Below are positions 60,150 to 64,000 of a DNA stretch of 64,000 bases, piece by piece. The position numbers and the translations under genes were made by a program. How positions within the stretch are numbered: the stretch's first letter is position 1; every line of letters begins with the position of its first letter. The stretch spans positions 1,043-65,042 of the forward strand of contig JAGARO010000012.1 in assembly GCA_017622215.1 (NCBI GenBank). Reading direction: 5' to 3'. A model generated the notes under the pieces. The model saw only the letters and a list, made by a program, of their open reading frames with translations, searched no databases and was not told the origin of the DNA. Source of the DNA: Clostridia bacterium. GTDB lineage: Bacteria; Bacillota; Clostridia; Monoglobales; Monoglobaceae.

Positions 60150-61721
60150 ATGAAGAAAATTTTATGCGTTTTATTGACTTTTGTCCTTTGCTTTACGCTG
60201 TTTGGTTGCGGTGAAAAGGAAGAAGCAAAAGTTGAAAACACAATTGAAATCGGCGGTTCGAGAGAGGATTTTGAGCCTGCCCAAGGCGGAAAAATTACTA
60301 CTTTTTCATACAGAGCTGACACTTTCTGCCCGATTTTATCCACCAATATTGAAAACATTGAAATGCTTAATATAGTTTACGAGGGTCTTGTTACTTTAGA
60401 CGGAGGGCTTAATCCTCAGGGGAAGCTTGCTACGGGCTGGTCGGTGTCTGAGGATGGACTTTTGTGGACTGTTACCTTAAGAGACAATGTTCGTTGGCAC
60501 GACGGTACAATGCTTAGCGCTATGGACGTTATTTATACTGTGGAACAGATTAAAAAGGCTGACTACAGTTACTATAAAAATAACGTGAGTAAGATTGCGG
60601 AAATTGACGGAGAGGGAAATAAAGTTCATTTTACTCTTTATAACCCCTGCTCTAATTTTGTGAATTTACTTACATTTCCTGTGATTAAATATTCGGAAAG
60701 TGATGCTGATAAGGAGAATTTTGCAGTATGCGGAACAGGTCCTTTTGTGTTCAGCAAGGTTACAGAGGGAAACTATTACCGCCTTCTTAAAAATCAAAAC
60801 TGGTGGGGCGGACTTTGTTTCCTTGATGAAATCAACGTAAGACTTCTTCCTGACAGAGATACTGCTATGTATGCCTTTACCTCGGGAGAGATAGATATCT
60901 GCAGGGCTGATTCTGAGGACTGGTACAAGAACATTGATGCTGTTAACACTTCACATCTTGATGTGGGTGGGGATGAATATATTTTCATCGGACTTAACAA
61001 TCAGAGAAACCCATTTGACGACGGGGCTGTGAAATATGCCCTTTCGGGAATGATTGACAGAGAGGATATTATAAGAAAAATTCTGTCGGGGAAAGGAATT
61101 CCCGCTAACGTGCCTGTAAGGGACGATTGGTTTATGGGGAATAGCGACTATACTCCGAAGAAGAATGTTGTTCAAGCCGAAAAGGTTTTGGATAATGCAG
61201 GCTGGCGTATGAACGCAAACGGAAATTATACGAAAAATGTTGACGGCGTTTATAAAACAATTGCTTTTGATATTCTTGTGAATAAGGAGAATGACACTAG
61301 GGTTAAAATAGCAGAAGAGGTTGCTAAAGCTTTGAGCGAGCTTGGAATTGCTGTTACAGTTACAAAGGTGGATTTTTCGGTATATAACGACAGAATTGCA
61401 TCGGGGAATTATGACGCATTCATTGGAGAATATAAAATTTCACCTGAACTTGATTTTCGGTTTATGCTTGGAGAAGAAAATGTTTTCAGGTATGATAATC
61501 CGAAGATGACTGAGCTTATCTTAAAAGCCAAAGGGGCAAGAGATAAGGAGGGAATCATAGAGAGCTATGACGAATTCGGAAAGTATTTCAGGGCTGTTCA
61601 GCCGATTATAGGAATTTGCTTCCGAAATGATATTGTGGTATATAATACAAGGCTTAAAGGAATCTTAAATCCTTTCAGCGACCATTGTTTTAACGATATA
61701 AATAATATTTTTGTAAATTAA
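60150..61721 (+). CDS. ABC transporter substrate-binding lipoprotein, family 5 (peptide/nickel type)
   Basis: Lipobox LFGC. 523 aa with an SBP_bac_5-like sequence. No permease or ATPase genes are adjacent. Confidence 0.8.
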   Translation: MKKILCVLLTFVLCFTLFGCGEKEEAKVENTIEIGGSREDFEPAQGGKITTFSYRADTFCPILSTNIENIEMLNIVYEGLVTLDGGLNPQGKLATGWSVSEDGLLWTVTLRDNVRWHDGTMLSAMDVIYTVEQIKKADYSYYKNNVSKIAEIDGEGNKVHFTLYNPCSNFVNLLTFPVIKYSESDADKENFAVCGTGPFVFSKVTEGNYYRLLKNQNWWGGLCFLDEINVRLLPDRDTAMYAFTSGEIDICRADSEDWYKNIDAVNTSHLDVGGDEYIFIGLNNQRNPFDDGAVKYALSGMIDREDIIRKILSGKGIPANVPVRDDWFMGNSDYTPKKNVVQAEKVLDNAGWRMNANGNYTKNVDGVYKTIAFDILVNKENDTRVKIAEEVAKALSELGIAVTVTKVDFSVYNDRIASGNYDAFIGEYKISPELDFRFMLGEENVFRYDNPKMTELILKAKGARDKEGIIESYDEFGKYFRAVQPIIGICFRNDIVVYNTRLKGILNPFSDHCFNDINNIFVN

Positions 61722-61752
61722 ATTGTAAATTAAAATACAAAGGAGAAAAATT

Positions 61753-62445
61753 ATGAAGAAAATTATTGCACTTATTTTAGCACTTACAGTTGTCATGTCT
61801 TTTGCTGCCTGCGGTAGCAAAACTGAGGTTGAAAACCATGAAACTGACAAGGTTACTCAAAATGTTGTTGATAAGGTAGAAAATGAAATTGTACCTGAAA
61901 AGAACGAGGAAACTGATGCTCCTGTAAAGGAAGAAAAGCCTGAAGTTAAGCCTCAGGAAAAACCGGCTGAAACACCTGTTGAGAAACCAGCTGAAAAGCC
62001 AGTTGAAAAGCCAGTTGAAAAACCAGTTGAAAAACCAGAGGAAAAGCCTGTGGCTTCTACAATGGGACAGACACTTTTAGCTGACTTTAAGGCAAGAGCA
62101 AACAAGGGAACTGTTTTGGAAATTGCAGAGGGACTTTTAACTAACTCTGTTATCCAGTTTATGGGCGGTGCTATGCCTGTTGAAGAGGGCTACCTTGCAG
62201 GCTTTGATAACGAAATCACAGGATTTAAGTCAGGTGCTACTTTTGCACCTATGATTGGTTCAATCGCCTTTGTGGGATATGTTTTTGAACTTGAAAATGA
62301 GGCTGATGTGGCTGGATTTATTTCAAATCTTCAGAAGAATGCCAACAAGAGATGGAATATCTGCGTTGAGGCAGATGAAATGGTAACCGGAAGTGTCGGA
62401 AACAAAGTTTTCTTTGTTATGTGCCCAAAGGCAACTGAAGAATAA
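61753..62445 (+). CDS. lipoprotein with a P-x-E-K repeat linker and an unknown C-terminal domain
   Basis: Lipobox FAAC, a Pro/Glu/Lys-rich spacer, and a C-terminal globular domain of about 130 aa that I do not recognise. Confidence 0.65.
   Translation: MKKIIALILALTVVMSFAACGSKTEVENHETDKVTQNVVDKVENEIVPEKNEETDAPVKEEKPEVKPQEKPAETPVEKPAEKPVEKPVEKPVEKPEEKPVASTMGQTLLADFKARANKGTVLEIAEGLLTNSVIQFMGGAMPVEEGYLAGFDNEITGFKSGATFAPMIGSIAFVGYVFELENEADVAGFISNLQKNANKRWNICVEADEMVTGSVGNKVFFVMCPKATEE
61975..62046 (+). repeat. 6 x 12-bp tandem coding repeat (PVEK/PAEK/PEEK)
   Basis: cctgttgagaaa ccagctgaaaag ccagttgaaaag ccagttgaaaaa ccagttgaaaaa ccagaggaaaag. Confidence 0.9.
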
Positions 62446-62450
62446 ATTAT

Positions 62451-62477
62451 AAACGGGCACAACTTGTGTCCGTTTTG
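62451..62477 (+). terminator. hairpin terminator after the lipoprotein gene
   Basis: cgggcac-aactt-gtgtccg followed by tttt. Confidence 0.55.
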
Positions 62478-62496
62478 TTATGGTAAGGAGCTTAAA

Positions 62497-63897
62497 ATGG
62501 TTTTTTCAAGTATTCCCTTTTTATATTATTTTCTTCCTGTGGTGCTTGTTTTATATTTTATTGCACCAAGATGCCTTAAAAACCCTGTACTTTTAGTATC
62601 AAGTTTGGTTTTTTACGGTTGGGGAGAGCCGAAATATGTGTTTTTAATGGTTCTGACAGTGCTTCAGGCTTATGTTTTCGGTCTTTTGATTGAAAAAAAC
62701 AGAGGTAAGTTTTTATCAAGGCTTTACCTTGTTTTATCTGTGCTTTTCTGTCTTGCGGGGCTGTTATTCTTTAAGTATGCAGACTTCTTTATCGGCAATT
62801 TTAACGCTGTAACAGGACTTTCTCTGCCATTTTTAAGACTTGCACTTCCTATCGGCATAAGCTTTTATACATTCCAGATTTTAAGTTATATTGTGGATGT
62901 GTACCGCGGTGGTGTTCCTGCGCAGAAAAACCCTGTTAATCTTGCAACCTATGTGGCACTTTTTCCACAGCTTATAGCAGGGCCTATCGTAAGATATTCG
63001 GATATTGAAAAACAGCTTGTTTGTCGCAGTCATACTTTTGAAAAAACTGCACAGGGCATTAAAAGATTTATGATTGGTTTCGGAAAGAAAATAATCCTTG
63101 CCAACACCCTTGGAGGACTTTGCGAGGGCTTTTTAGTGTCCTCTGATTTGTCTGTTTTATACTACTGGCTTTATGCTGTTTCCTATATGCTCCAGATTTA
63201 TTTTGACTTCTCCGGTTACAGTGATATGGCTATCGGTCTTGGGAAAATCCTTGGCTTTGATTTCCTTGAAAACTTTAACTATCCGTTCATTTCAAAGAGT
63301 ATAACTGAATTCTGGAGAAGATGGCACATGTCCCTTGGCTCATGGTTTAGGGATTATGTATACATTCCTATGGGCGGAAACAGAGCGAATAAGGGAAGAT
63401 GGCTCTTTAATATTTTTACTGTTTGGTTTTTAACAGGCTTCTGGCATGGGGCTGAATGGAACTTTATTCTTTGGGGATTATATTTTGGTGTTCTTCTTGT
63501 GCTTGAAAAGTTCTTTTTCCTTGATAAACTTAAAAAGATTCGTGAACTGAGCCGTGTTTACACCCTGTTTTTTACTGCAATCAGCTTTATGATTTTCAGC
63601 GGAAACAATTTAGAGGGGGCTGTTCGTCATGTGTCAGGTCTTTTTGGTGCAGGGAATATTCCGCTTGTTTCACAGGAGTTTTTCTATAATTTAAGAAATT
63701 ATGGATTTACAATTATAATCGGAATTTTAGGGGCTACACCTATACCAAAGGTTTTATGGGGCAAGCTCTCTGAAAAGAAGAATTTTAAGGCTGTTTTGGA
63801 TGTGCTTGAGGTTGTGCTTTTGGTTTTACTTTTGGTAGTTTGCACAGCTTATCTTGCTGACGGTTCATTTAATCCGTTCCTTTATTTCAGATTCTAA
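62497..63897 (+). CDS. MBOAT family O-acyltransferase (AlgI/DltB/PatA-like)
   Basis: FWRRWHMSLGSWFRDYVYIPMGGNR and GFWHG motifs. I chose ATG 62497 (RBS aaggag). Confidence 0.88.
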   Translation: MVFSSIPFLYYFLPVVLVLYFIAPRCLKNPVLLVSSLVFYGWGEPKYVFLMVLTVLQAYVFGLLIEKNRGKFLSRLYLVLSVLFCLAGLLFFKYADFFIGNFNAVTGLSLPFLRLALPIGISFYTFQILSYIVDVYRGGVPAQKNPVNLATYVALFPQLIAGPIVRYSDIEKQLVCRSHTFEKTAQGIKRFMIGFGKKIILANTLGGLCEGFLVSSDLSVLYYWLYAVSYMLQIYFDFSGYSDMAIGLGKILGFDFLENFNYPFISKSITEFWRRWHMSLGSWFRDYVYIPMGGNRANKGRWLFNIFTVWFLTGFWHGAEWNFILWGLYFGVLLVLEKFFFLDKLKKIRELSRVYTLFFTAISFMIFSGNNLEGAVRHVSGLFGAGNIPLVSQEFFYNLRNYGFTIIIGILGATPIPKVLWGKLSEKKNFKAVLDVLEVVLLVLLLVVCTAYLADGSFNPFLYFRF

Positions 63898-63909
63898 GGA
63901 GGTAGGACT

Positions 63910-64000
63910 ATGAAAATTAAAGATATTGTTTTAACAGTTATTTTTATAATTTTAATAGGCGTTATCTCTGTTTTTGCGTGGGTTAAAGCTCCCGCTGAGT
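63910..64000 (+). CDS. partial ORF, N-terminal TM anchor; probable MBOAT partner (AlgJ/DHHW-type) by position only
   Basis: RBS aaggagg, then ATG 63910. MKIKDIVLTVIFIILIGVISVFAW... is truncated by the window end. Confidence 0.4.
   Translation, partial: MKIKDIVLTVIFIILIGVISVFAWVKAPAE

Noticed and set aside
61975-62046. A 12-bp tandem repeat as a possible non-coding repeat or CRISPR-like array.
   Set aside because: It is in frame inside a lipoprotein ORF and encodes a PxEK linker. The units are contiguous with no spacers.

Overview
This is a 64-kb chromosomal window from a low-GC, spore-forming Firmicute. It looks like Clostridia, and the gene content and protein sequences resemble a gut Ruminococcaceae/Oscillospiraceae-type anaerobe; that is inference, not verified. 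I count about 62 protein genes, one tRNA, one riboswitch and one CIRCE operator. Most genes are on the + strand, and every intergenic spacer is shorter than about 270 bp, so there is no room for a large ncRNA. The content is overwhelmingly core housekeeping: argF-trpB, an rsmJ-like gene, yunB, ligA, an S2P protease followed by scpA-scpB-ytfI-ytfJ, pckA, radA-ispD-ispF, CIRCE-groES-groEL, azlCD, asnA, bioY, ymdB, mutS2 and pgeF. There is also a ZTP-riboswitch-controlled purE-purC-purF-purM-purN-purO-purH-purD-purL-fhs operon. Several patches look accessory. A BspA-like LRR surface protein gene sits between two copies of a terminator+promoter module. A flavodoxin / Y-family polymerase / YolD unit follows it. 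Two diverged GH31 alpha-glucosidase paralogues bracket a small membrane protein plus TetR pair. A deacetylase and a nucleotidyltransferase follow, then a SleC-like cortex-lytic/peptidoglycan-binding gene trio. An IscU-like + GGGtGRT gene pair of unknown function lies on the - strand. At the right edge is a lipoprotein/MBOAT envelope cluster. I saw no transposase, integrase, phage, CRISPR, restriction-modification, toxin-antitoxin or recognisable defence genes. I did not find a convincing wholly new multi-gene system. The best follow-up candidates are: (i) the only purF in the pur operon, whose glutaminase catalytic residues all appear substituted; (ii) the strongly promoted IscU-like/GGGtGRT pair; (iii) the SleC-like enzyme whose prodomain is a separate cistron; (iv) the duplicated terminator-promoter module flanking the LRR gene. 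All calls come from reading the sequence and from remembered family motifs. No searches were run.
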